Source: Diplonema japonicum (Eukaryota > Protista > Euglenozoa: Diplonemea). Taken from it: a stretch of 64,000 nucleotides of DNA. Shown here piece after piece: positions 29,116 to 38,384 of the stretch. Position 1 is the stretch's first letter; each line of letters opens with the position of its first letter. A program made the position numbers and the translations under genes. The notes below the pieces were generated by a model. It ran no database searches, was not told where the DNA came from, and was given only the letters and a program-made list of their open reading frames with translations. The stretch covers positions 310,001 to 374,000 of the forward strand of contig OZ025698.1 of assembly GCA_964019335.1 (NCBI GenBank). The letters are read 5' to 3'.

Positions 29116-32100
29116 ATGCTCGTGCCAATCATCATAGTTCTCCTGAGCACCTTTGTAGAAGGGGCAAGTTCTTATTACGAAGACGAGGAGGCGTCCGTGC
29201 TGCTGAGCGGTACGCTGGTGGACAACAACAACGAGTTAAACGTGGTGAAGGGTGGGGAGACGATACGGCTGACGTTGACGACGATGGGGCCTGATGGCCC
29301 GCTACAGTACAGGAAGGATGTGGTGACCACTGAGGTGTTGTTTCAGAGCTTTTTGGAAGACTTCGCCCATTCGCCTCAGGACGCGGCTTTCATAAGCCGG
29401 ATGAAGAAGCTGCTCACAAGGGAAGGCGCGACTCTGCATGACGATCGCCGCACGCTGCAGCTCACGCTCAGCCCCGACGCGGACTTTCAGATCACCGCGA
29501 ACGAGTCAATCTACCTCAACATCCCCCCTGTCGTCCTTGACTGCAAGTGTACCTACCGTATCCCTGTCCTGGAAGCTATCGTCCTCATGCCCATGTCGGT
29601 GCCTCGTCCTGTAATCAATGCCCCCGGTATTGTGTGTAGTTCCACCTTCAGCATTTCATCTGCGGTTTTTGAATCGTCGTTGTCACAAATCGTTGCTGAA
29701 AACTACAAGGTCCACTGGAGCATCTCTGACGATTCTGGCCAGGCGTACATCGAGGACCCCTCTGCAAGAGAAACAAGGGTCCATGGTTTTAAACTCGCAG
29801 GCCAGGCCGTCCTGACAGTCTCCTTCACCCTGCGCGACGGGGAGGAGACGCAAGATGTCACCGTTGAGCGTGTCGAGGCGCCCTTACCCGCAAGGGTCGA
29901 CAACGATGTGATGCACGTTGCTGGTACAACCGCCACGCTGAACGCGCACAGGGTCACTGGTGGGGGTTCTGAAACACGCGGCTTTTGGACAGTGAAGCAA
30001 GGCAGTCCCGAGGTTGTCTTGAAAGACCCGACAGACCCCAACACAAAGATCGCGGGGCTCAGTGAGAAAACCATCATGGAGTGGAGAGTCGTCGGGAACG
30101 AGAAGTGCCCCGAAACCACTGCCCAGCTGGAGCTTCTCACTGAGCGTGCCCGCATCCTTCCGAGGGCACACGAAATCTGTGCCACGGAATACCGCATCAC
30201 AGCGGACGAGCCGCTCCTCTCGCGCCTCAAGGGCACCTGGTCAGTCGAGTCCGGCAGTTCTGACATCTCATTCCTCCCGTCGCCTAGCGAGCCCTCTGCT
30301 ACAACCATCGGCGTTGCACACGGGAAGACAAAGCTCCGCTGGACGCTCAACGGTGATGGGAGCTCAAGAGACTACAAGGAAGCGTCGTTCGAGAGGAAGC
30401 ATGCACCAAAGGCGGAAATCGTGACGCAGCAGCCAAAAGCCTACCTTGGCTCTCCCGAGGTGCACTTAGAAGCTGTCCCACCTGTGCAGGGCAGTGGGAT
30501 GTGGAACGTAAAGCACACGACGTGCGACCCGCCCCCGAGCTTTGCAAACAAGGAACACCACCTCAGCGTGCTGGAAGGACTCGATTCCGTGACCCAGCCC
30601 TGCCGCTTAGAGGTGGAGTGGACTGTGTACAACGAACCTTGTGAGTCTTCGACTACATCGCTGCTTCTCGCTGTTGTGCCGCAGCCCCCAACGCGTCCTG
30701 TGGTGGGGGAGCCTATTGTGCTTTGCCATGATGTGCCAGCAACGCTAACAGGAAACGATGTGGAGGTGGGCATCGGAAAGTGGGAAGCCATCGACCCCAT
30801 CGACCAGGAAATCCCAGAGCCTACGAAGCCGCGCACTGTGCTCCCCAAGGTGCGCGAGGGGACGACTGTCGTGCGGTGGACAATCATGAACGGCAACATC
30901 ACCGAGTCCGCGGACTTGACAATCACGCGCTACGAGCTGCCCAAAGCTCAGATTGTTGTTCCGAGCACACCACGTGTCACAGTGTGTGGACGCTCCTTCA
31001 CGATGGAGGCAAACAACAAGCACTTCGACGGGAACGACATCGGGGCATGGAGCGTTGCAAGCGAGACAGTTGTGCTGAGCGACCCTTCGAACTACGTCCT
31101 GAAACTGGCCGACATGCATCCGGGTGAGACTGCTGTCCAGTGGAAGACACAGAGCAGGGAGTCCATCGAGGCCTGTCCGTATGGGAATACAGCAAATGTC
31201 ACGCTGTTCTCATGGCAGTTCCCCGAGAAGCCGCACACGGAGTACACCACATCAGCACAGGCTGTCATAAGGCTCGCGACCGTTCTGGAGGTGGCGTGCA
31301 GGCATGACCCGCAGTACTACCCTTCATACATCAACGAGCTAGCAGGGCTGGCAGGAGAATGGAGCGTTGGGCCGGATTCGCTTATTCAGCTGGAGAATGA
31401 GTTCTCAAGCTCCGTACGTCTGTCGCACATCCCAATGGGTATCTCGACCATTGTGTGGACGCCAAGCACCTGTGACAAGCTGTCCCTCGTCATCAAGCTG
31501 GAGCGTGGGAACAAGCTGGGGTGCGTCATCAAGTCCCCCGAAAGGTACGACTCGGATGACGGCAACATCTACGTGGTTGGGGACTCGCTCAAGCTGACTG
31601 CTGGGGAGGACGATTTCCCCGTCTCGGCCAAGGGGCAGTGGTCCACCCATGCACCTGATGTGGACTTCACAAACCCCAACAGCCCCACAACTGTGGTTTC
31701 CAACCTGACAGACGGCGAGACAGAGCTGAAGTTCAAGATCTCAGCAGGGATTGAAGCGTTTTCTGGGGAATGCCACGCGCGTGTTGTGTCCCTTGTCGCA
31801 GCAGCCCCGCCTGCTTTGCGTGCTGTGTGCCATGACGCCACCGAGATCGAGGCGTACCCCCTACCCGTCAACACCATCCAAGGGCTGACGCACTCCTGGA
31901 GGTCCACAGACCCCACAATCAGAATTCGCCACCACTCGCACCCAAAGACGATGGTGTCAAATCTGAAGCCGGGCGACAATATAATGATTTGGAGGCTTGA
32001 GATGGCGGGTGCCATCTCCGAAGTGCAAGTGAACGCGAAGAGGGATGTCCTGGCCCTGCCCTTCGGAGCCACGGAACACTACCTCACGAAGAGGATCGTC

Positions 32101-34830
32101 AACATGAACACGCTGACGCTTCCGATGGAACCAAGGCCGGAGTGGCCCGCGAACCCTTCGGAGTGGATCGTCTTAGGGAACCAGACGGTGGAGTACGGAA
32201 AGGACACGGTGCAGCTGTCGGGGATCGAACCAGGAACGCCTGCGATTTTCCAGTTTACTGTGAAGCCAACAGGGGCGTCGGCGTGCACGCAAACGCTGTT
32301 CACATTAGAGGTGATATCTGTAAAGGCAGACATTACTGCGAGCGTTGTTGGAAGCGAGTGTGAGTTGTTGAGGGGGAGCTCGATGGTGCTGACGGCCGGC
32401 GGGGGGTTGAAGTGGAAGGTTGACCCAGAGGAGTCGGACTTCGAAGATCTTCGCAACGGGCTAGGGGACGTTCTGTACCACGCCTACGACGGATACCATG
32501 TCGACGAGCAGACGCCACAGATCATGACAGTCTTCTTCAAGCCGGCGTACCTAAGGGCCAACCGTGGGCTCACTGTCCGCTCCGTGAAGGTTCCTTCCGC
32601 TTTGCTCTCTGACAACGTCCTCACCCATGAATCGTCTGTTGTCTTGTTCAAGCACCTTGACGGTGTCGTGTCGGACGAGTTCACCATTCTCCCAACCACG
32701 CTGGAGCTTACATTCTCCGGCCAGCGCTTCACGAAGGAGGCCACGCTCAACACCGAAGGCGGGCAGCTTGAAATCGCGTTCAGCAACATAAACATGACCG
32801 AGCTCTCCACACACCTCACAGACCCCCGCGCAAGGGACGTCTTGCTTAAGTCAATCGTCAGGAAGACTCAACCACTAACACACCCCGATGAAAGGCTCGG
32901 CTGGGACGAACGGAAACATGCAATGATCGACATGGCGTCCATGGCCATCGAAGGTAACACCGTCACAGTACAAGTCCGCCCCGACGAGTGGTACACCATT
33001 GGAAGCCATGAGAATTTACATGTGAGCGCGCCGATATCAAGTATTTGCGGGCTGGGCGACCCGAGAGATGTTGAGAATGAGAGAGAAGTACGGTCGGCAC
33101 ATGATTTGAAGATCACAGACGAGCCCCCACGTCTTATCGTGACGGGGAGTGTCAACGAGTGCGACTTTGAAACCCGTGGTGCTAACATAACGGTGACGGC
33201 GATTGGATGCTCGTTCATGTCGCATGCTGTGTTTACACCGCAGTATCTTGTCAGCAGCGAACCTGGTCTGGAGAAGGGTTGGTCCGCCGTCGTGTCGCGT
33301 GGTCTGTTCACCACGTCGTCCGTCGGAACAGGGGCAAAGACACGCACGCTGTTCGTGCACCCAGCCGGCTCAGAAATCTACGAAATCCCGCAAAGAACCC
33401 ATGAAGTCCTCTCCCTTCACGTCCCTTCAGGAGATCTCCTCCACTCCGGGTTACCTTCAGACGTAGCCTTCCACGCGGAGGGCAGCGTGCTCGTCAACGA
33501 CACGTTCATTGAAGTTGAAAACACAGACATATGCGCAGAAGCGTTGAGAACCACCGGACACACCATTACATTAAGGCTCCACGGTGATTCTTGGGTTGAA
33601 GGTGTCGCAAGTGGATTAGGAGCATCGTTGATAGGAGCCATATCGGGCAACAGAAGCATCAAGGGAGGTTGGGAGACCGCCATGGTGACCGACATCCTCC
33701 CGAAGGGTAAGTACCAAATAGTAAGGCGGTCTGACTCAGTTGTGGAGATCAGGCTGCCACCTATGCCCACATACACAGCAGTGGAACCGGAGGAGATAGG
33801 AATTCGGATCCCTGGAATGACCACTGCGTGCAGCAAATGTTTGGAACATGAAGGGCTGCTCCGTATCTTCCATTCTCACTCTCTGACAGCAAGCACGAAT
33901 GAGGTCCACCGTAAGTCCGGTCTAAGCATGCTTTCCTATACCTTGCCCTGTGCAAGGTTTTCCATGGAACTGACAAAGAGCGAAGTGCTGGATGGGCTGC
34001 GGTCTGTAGAGGCCATCAACAACGGATTTGACAGCCACAAGCAGTCTCTCGTCACCGCGAGCAGCATCGTCATCAGCAACCAGACCATCACCATTCCTGT
34101 CAGGTGGCTGCCTTACAACGACACACACTCTGAGGAATTGGTGTTTACCCTCCCTCCTGGGGCTGTGGTGCCTGTTGGGAGCAAGGTATGGGGGAGAAGA
34201 AAAAAAAAAGGGGAGGGAACTAAATTAAAACAGATGATTCAAAGCCCACCGGTTGTCGTACGCCCTGTCGCGGCCTCGGAGCGTGTAGGGTGGGGAGCAT
34301 ACACAGTGTCGAGCTTCTTGTTCCTGTGCCCTGTGCTGCTGTTTTTGACATTTTACGATTTCTTGGTGTGTTTGAAAAAAAAAAAAAAAAAAAAACAGCA
34401 AGCCGAGTCTGTAGGACGCTTTGTAAACCGTCAGGCGGCAAAACTAGGTTTCCAAGCGCATAGCACTCTTGGCTACTGTTTGCTCGTGGAGACCCTTCTC
34501 TGTGCTTTCTTGTGGATCAACACCGATGACAGTTGGATGGTGCCGGTGTGTTTCGAAAGAAAAAAAAAAGAAAAAGAAGAAATAACCCCCCCCCACAGGT
34601 CGCTAATCGGCTATACATCGGAATCTGCATTTGTGGCATCTTGTCCTTTGGTGCCCTTGTCTTCTTCTCAGAGTTCACTAGAATCAGTACCACTTCTGGT
34701 ACTGGGCTTTTCAGGTGTGATTCCGAAAGAGAGAATTAAAAAAAAAAATAAAAAAAATAAAAAATACAGCATCTACATGAACCTCTGCTGCTTCTTCTCC
34801 TTCGGGTGTGTGCTTTACATGGTACTTTAG
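29116..34830 (+). CDS. large surface membrane protein with tandem Ig/PKD-like repeats; introns 34186-34233, 34366-34398, 34546-34598, 34715-34769
   Basis: Signal peptide and ~9 repeats of the form G.W....G.......P..P.T....L..G....W. There are several C-terminal hydrophobic helices. Four GT-AG introns restore one continuous frame to TAG at 34830. Confidence 0.75.
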   Translation: MLVPIIIVLLSTFVEGASSYYEDEEASVLLSGTLVDNNNELNVVKGGETIRLTLTTMGPDGPLQYRKDVVTTEVLFQSFLEDFAHSPQDAAFISRMKKLLTREGATLHDDRRTLQLTLSPDADFQITANESIYLNIPPVVLDCKCTYRIPVLEAIVLMPMSVPRPVINAPGIVCSSTFSISSAVFESSLSQIVAENYKVHWSISDDSGQAYIEDPSARETRVHGFKLAGQAVLTVSFTLRDGEETQDVTVERVEAPLPARVDNDVMHVAGTTATLNAHRVTGGGSETRGFWTVKQGSPEVVLKDPTDPNTKIAGLSEKTIMEWRVVGNEKCPETTAQLELLTERARILPRAHEICATEYRITADEPLLSRLKGTWSVESGSSDISFLPSPSEPSATTIGVAHGKTKLRWTLNGDGSSRDYKEASFERKHAPKAEIVTQQPKAYLGSPEVHLEAVPPVQGSGMWNVKHTTCDPPPSFANKEHHLSVLEGLDSVTQPCRLEVEWTVYNEPCESSTTSLLLAVVPQPPTRPVVGEPIVLCHDVPATLTGNDVEVGIGKWEAIDPIDQEIPEPTKPRTVLPKVREGTTVVRWTIMNGNITESADLTITRYELPKAQIVVPSTPRVTVCGRSFTMEANNKHFDGNDIGAWSVASETVVLSDPSNYVLKLADMHPGETAVQWKTQSRESIEACPYGNTANVTLFSWQFPEKPHTEYTTSAQAVIRLATVLEVACRHDPQYYPSYINELAGLAGEWSVGPDSLIQLENEFSSSVRLSHIPMGISTIVWTPSTCDKLSLVIKLERGNKLGCVIKSPERYDSDDGNIYVVGDSLKLTAGEDDFPVSAKGQWSTHAPDVDFTNPNSPTTVVSNLTDGETELKFKISAGIEAFSGECHARVVSLVAAAPPALRAVCHDATEIEAYPLPVNTIQGLTHSWRSTDPTIRIRHHSHPKTMVSNLKPGDNIMIWRLEMAGAISEVQVNAKRDVLALPFGATEHYLTKRIVNMNTLTLPMEPRPEWPANPSEWIVLGNQTVEYGKDTVQLSGIEPGTPAIFQFTVKPTGASACTQTLFTLEVISVKADITASVVGSECELLRGSSMVLTAGGGLKWKVDPEESDFEDLRNGLGDVLYHAYDGYHVDEQTPQIMTVFFKPAYLRANRGLTVRSVKVPSALLSDNVLTHESSVVLFKHLDGVVSDEFTILPTTLELTFSGQRFTKEATLNTEGGQLEIAFSNINMTELSTHLTDPRARDVLLKSIVRKTQPLTHPDERLGWDERKHAMIDMASMAIEGNTVTVQVRPDEWYTIGSHENLHVSAPISSICGLGDPRDVENEREVRSAHDLKITDEPPRLIVTGSVNECDFETRGANITVTAIGCSFMSHAVFTPQYLVSSEPGLEKGWSAVVSRGLFTTSSVGTGAKTRTLFVHPAGSEIYEIPQRTHEVLSLHVPSGDLLHSGLPSDVAFHAEGSVLVNDTFIEVENTDICAEALRTTGHTITLRLHGDSWVEGVASGLGASLIGAISGNRSIKGGWETAMVTDILPKGKYQIVRRSDSVVEIRLPPMPTYTAVEPEEIGIRIPGMTTACSKCLEHEGLLRIFHSHSLTASTNEVHRKSGLSMLSYTLPCARFSMELTKSEVLDGLRSVEAINNGFDSHKQSLVTASSIVISNQTITIPVRWLPYNDTHSEELVFTLPPGAVVPVGSKVWGRRKKKGEGTKLKQMIQSPPVVVRPVAASERVGWGAYTVSSFLFLCPVLLFLTFYDFLVCLKKKKKKKQQAESVGRFVNRQAAKLGFQAHSTLGYCLLVETLLCAFLWINTDDSWMVPVCFERKKKEKEEITPPHRSLIGYTSESAFVASCPLVPLSSSQSSLESVPLLVLGFSGVIPKERIKKKNKKNKKYSIYMNLCCFFSFGCVLYMVL

Positions 34831-35617
34831 GAGGGGGGTGGGATGTTCTCTTCGTCCTCCCCGCTGCAGCCGCGTCTCTCCAACTTTAAAAAAAAAACCC
34901 CCCCTCCAAAGAAAAGAAGGGGAAATTTAAAAAAAAAAAAAAGAAACACTTTATGATCACATTCTTTTCTTTTTGAAAATCAGAAAACAAAACAAAAAAA
35001 AAAAACGACAAAAAAAAAAAACCTACCTTTTTTTTTTTTTTTTTTTTTAGATTTCTTTCTTTCATTTGGTCTCAACTAGTGTTTTGTTGTTTCTTCATTT
35101 TTTTGTTTTTTTGTTTTTTTTGTTTCTTTGTCACGCAAAAAAAAAAAACTATTTATTGCCAACAAATTATGAGTCATTATTTAACTCGAGTTCCCGAATT
35201 TTTTGCACGAGGGCCCGCAGGGCCCGAGTGCAAAAAAACGGGTAACGAGAGTTAAATAATGGCTCATTTGGCGGCAAGTAAGTCGTTTTATTTCACTCTT
35301 CGTCATTTGAGTCACTCACTCTTCACTGCTTTCACTGCTGTTTTTTTTCACGCAGGTCAGCCTTTTTGGGGAGTTTCCTAAGGTAATATGGGGTTGCTAT
35401 TTCGCCGTGGCGTTTAAAGGGGAAGTAAGGCACTTATTCCCACTTTTAAGGGCTGGAATGGCCTCAGATGGCCAAAAATAGTCAAAATACCCCCACCCCA
35501 AAAAGATTTTTTCAAGGGGTTGGGTGCATTTTTTTCCACGGCGAGACTCATTTTTCCACTCTGAAGGGCCATTATTTCACTCTGAAGGGCCATTATTTAA
35601 CTGCAAAATCTCATTAT

Positions 35618-36247
35618 TTAACTAGTTAATACTTCTGGCTCAGCAGGGAGGCGGCCACAGTACTCGTTGAAGGCGTCTTGAGCTGGTCCCTGGGGTATGA
35701 AAAGAAGGCTTAGTTCACCTGTAGAACCCCTTTGCTTCAGGCGAGTAAATGGTATCCAGGTGCCGAGGTCGTCTTTTTTAATGTTCGTGAGGAGCAGGGA
35801 GTACAGTTCCTCAGAGCGCAGCCCACCGAAAAAACCAGCAACAAAAAAGGCTTTGTATTGAACGAGATAGCTCAAGGGAGTGGATTTGTGTTCTTTCAGG
35901 GCAAGGAGGGCATCGACATCCTCATTGTTAAAGATGTTTGCCTTCTTTACAGGCTTCTGGCGTTGTTCTTCAGCTCTTTTGATTAACCTTTTTAGGTCAT
36001 CAAACTCGTCCTCGCTTGTCTTGTACTTCGCGATGTGGACTGCCTTCAACATGCTGAAGTAGGTCCACAGAGAAGAGGGACTGATTTCCTCCCTCAACTT
36101 TTTCACGTACTTCTCTATATGAAGGACAGTTGGAGCCTTCACCCCTGACTTCTCCACCAACTCGGACCAGGCCTTCTCGTACCTGGCGCGGCTCTTCACA
36201 GGCAGTCTTTCCTGCCAGTCGCGCCTCTCTTTCTGCTGCTTTGGCAT
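35618..36247 (-). pseudogene. tyrosine recombinase, C-terminally truncated
   Basis: KSRARYEKAW...SPSSLWTYFSMLK N-terminal domain, KKANIF, and box I GFFGGLRSEEL. It ends before the HxxR/Y catalytic motifs. Confidence 0.7.
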
Positions 36248-36289
36248 TTGAAACCTAGAGAGTGAAAAATTAGGCATAAAAGTGGGCAA

Positions 36290-36425
36290 ATTGGGAGGAA
36301 AAAGTAGTCCAACTTGGAACTGAGCCGAGGCAAAAGTTGGCCAATTGAGGTGAACCTGGGGGGAAATTGACAAACTGAGAGGAAAAAGTAGCCCCACTGG
36401 GAACCGAACCGAGGCAAAAACTGGC
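36290..36425. repeat. ~55-bp imperfect direct repeat x2 upstream of the recombinase
   Basis: GAGGAAAAAGTAG(T/C)CC(A/C)ACT(T/G)GGAAC(T/C)GA(G/A)CCGAGGCAAAA occurs twice. Confidence 0.75.
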
Positions 36426-36548
36426 ATATTATTTAACGGAAACCCCCTATTACTTCACGGAAACAGGCCATTATTTCACCGTGAAGTAATGAGATTTAGC
36501 GTGAAGTAATGGGGCCCCCAGTGCGTGAAGTAATTTCTGAAGAGTGAA

Positions 36549-36581
<33 letters not shown>

Positions 36582-36617
36582 AGGGGGAGGGGAGGCGGGG
36601 CAAACAAAAATAAAAAA

Positions 36618-37133
36618 ATGCTGATTTTCACATTGATGGTTTTCGCTGCTGCGTACCCTTACAGATCCGTGAACATTGCGTTTAATGCGACACTGGGAGC
36701 GGAGAGCATGTCCCTGCCTGCACAGAGCGACGAATTCACAACACCGGACGCTGCGAAGGAGTATGTGCCTATGTACTTGAATTGTAGCTGTGACTTGAGA
36801 TATGTAAGAGAGATTTCGCCGCCACCAAGGATGGTGCTCTATACAAGTGATGCAAATTTCACTTCAAAATCTCCTTATATCAATCTAGTTCGGGGTGAGA
36901 ATGTTTTTACTAATATAGAGCTGCCTATGTCCCTTCTGTGTAACGGCCCCCCAGGTTCTCAGAGCACCTGTACTTGGCTTGGCCTTCTTACCCTGTCTTC
37001 CCTCCCTTGGGTCCCCAACGCTGGCGCGATACTTACTTGCTCTGCCTGTACTATTTGCAACCCTGCGAAGCTCTACTGTGCATGCCCTGGGGGATACCCT
37101 GGGACATCCTACTCTTGTTCTAATGATGCTTGA
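36618..37133 (+). CDS. small secreted Cys-rich hypothetical protein
   Basis: Signal-peptide-like MLIFTLMVFAAA and a Cys-rich C-terminus (CSACTICNP...CACPGGYPG...C). A-rich leader. Confidence 0.6.
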   Translation: MLIFTLMVFAAAYPYRSVNIAFNATLGAESMSLPAQSDEFTTPDAAKEYVPMYLNCSCDLRYVREISPPPRMVLYTSDANFTSKSPYINLVRGENVFTNIELPMSLLCNGPPGSQSTCTWLGLLTLSSLPWVPNAGAILTCSACTICNPAKLYCACPGGYPGTSYSCSNDA

Positions 37134-37572
37134 TAGAAAAAAAAAAATTTCTTTTTTTAAAATACACACTTCATCCCCCTTTTTTTATTAAATAAAAAAC
37201 TTAGGTGGTCGAGGAAAAAAAAATAACTTTTCTTTTGGCCACATGAGGGAGGATTGTTTTATGATACCTACCTATATATTAATTTAACAAAAAAGGGCCG
37301 CCGCCAACACCCGGCCTCCTTTAACTCATATATAATTTTTTTCTTACCCCTCTTTTATTTTTATTTTCTTTCCTCACTATCGAGTTACTCTCTAGTATAT
37401 TTAGTATTTCCTTGTTTTTTTTTTTTTTTTTTTTTTTTTATTTTGTTTTTTATTTATCTGCATCACGAGCAACACGAGTGTCCCAATGAGGACCAGGCTG
37501 TAGAGGGGTCGTATCACCCGTCTACTTAAGACACTGAAACCTAAAAGCGACCACTAAAAAGAGTTTAGAAAT

Positions 37573-38181
37573 GCATGTAGCGTTCCTTGTTCAGATTTTT
37601 TCCAGGTGCTGAACTAGGCATTCAACCATGCGAGATACATGGTAGTTCTTTGTTACGATAACATAACCCTTGTTGCTGATACACTTTTATCACCAAAAAG
37701 CATGTAGCGTTCCTTGTTCGGAGTTTTTTTTTCCAGGTGCTGAACTAGGCATTCAACCATGCGAGATGACCTCCCCCTTTTTTTTTAGAAATGCATGTAG
37801 CGTTCCTTGTTCAGATTTTTCCAGGTGCTGAACTAGGCATTCAACCATGCGAGATGTCCAACCCCCTCCTTTTTTTTTTTTTGTTCTTGCTCCAGAAAAG
37901 CATGTAGCGTTCCTTGTTCGGAGTTTTTTTTCCAGGTGCTGAACTAGGCATTCAACCATGCGAGATGACCCCTTTTTTTTAGAAATGCATGTAGCGTTCC
38001 TTGTTCAGATTTTTTCCAGGTGCTGAACTAGGCATTCAACCATGCGAGATCCATGGTAGTTCTTTGTTAAGATAACATAACCCTTGTTGCTGATACACTT
38101 TTATCACCAAAAAGCATGTAGCGTTCCTTGTTCGGAGTTTTTTTTTCCAGGTGCTGAACTAGGCATTCAACCATGCGAGAT
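37573..38181 (+). ncRNA. cluster of six single-hairpin AGA-box (H/ACA-like) pseudouridylation guide RNAs (37573-37636, 37700-37767, 37793-37855, 37900-37966, 37987-38050, 38114-38181)
   Basis: Each unit: lower stem GCATG/CATGC, internal-loop pocket TAGCGTT/CATTCAAC, upper stem CCT-T-GTTC(A/G)G/CTGAAC-T-AGG, then AGA 14 nt after the upper stem. The A/G variant keeps pairing (G-U). Confidence 0.75.
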
Positions 38182-38384
38182 GAGGCTTTATCTGTTTCTC
38201 TTCTTCTTTTTCTTTTTTGTGCGCCTTCCTAGATATGCATCCCTGCATCACAGCCCCCCGGTACCAAAGCTACCACGAAACCCCTTGCTGTCTGGGGTAA
38301 TTCTAAAGTGTGGATAGAAGAGATGAACCGTGCAATTTCCTTTTATTCCAATTTTAATAATCTCAAGACACTGACACATAAAGA

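Larger units (their letters stand above)
35150..36554 (-). mobile_element. Crypton-like tyrosine-recombinase element, internally truncated
   Basis: Contains a YR-like ORF, a ~130-bp palindrome at 35153-35281, a perfect 16-bp inverted repeat (35286-35301 / 36539-36554) and many ATTA(T/C)TT(A/C)AC motifs at both ends. Confidence 0.75.

Noticed and set aside
37476-37540. Hairpin upstream of the array (AGTGTC/GACACT) as another guide RNA
   Set aside because: Highly asymmetric pocket, no AGA at the proper distance and no canonical C box.
37578-37584. Pocket strand UAGCGUU is complementary to AACGCUA near the 5' end of kinetoplastid spliced leaders
   Set aside because: Only ~4 nt lie upstream in the leader, so the other pocket strand could not pair. 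Likely coincidence.
37573-38181. CRISPR array interpretation of the six-copy repeat
   Set aside because: Repeats (~64 nt) are too long, spacers are duplicated or low-complexity and unequal in length, there are no cas genes, and the context is eukaryotic. The guide-RNA fold explains it better.
38270-38326. Hairpin followed by AGA downstream of the array
   Set aside because: Pocket-to-AGA distance (~20 nt) and geometry do not fit the guide model.
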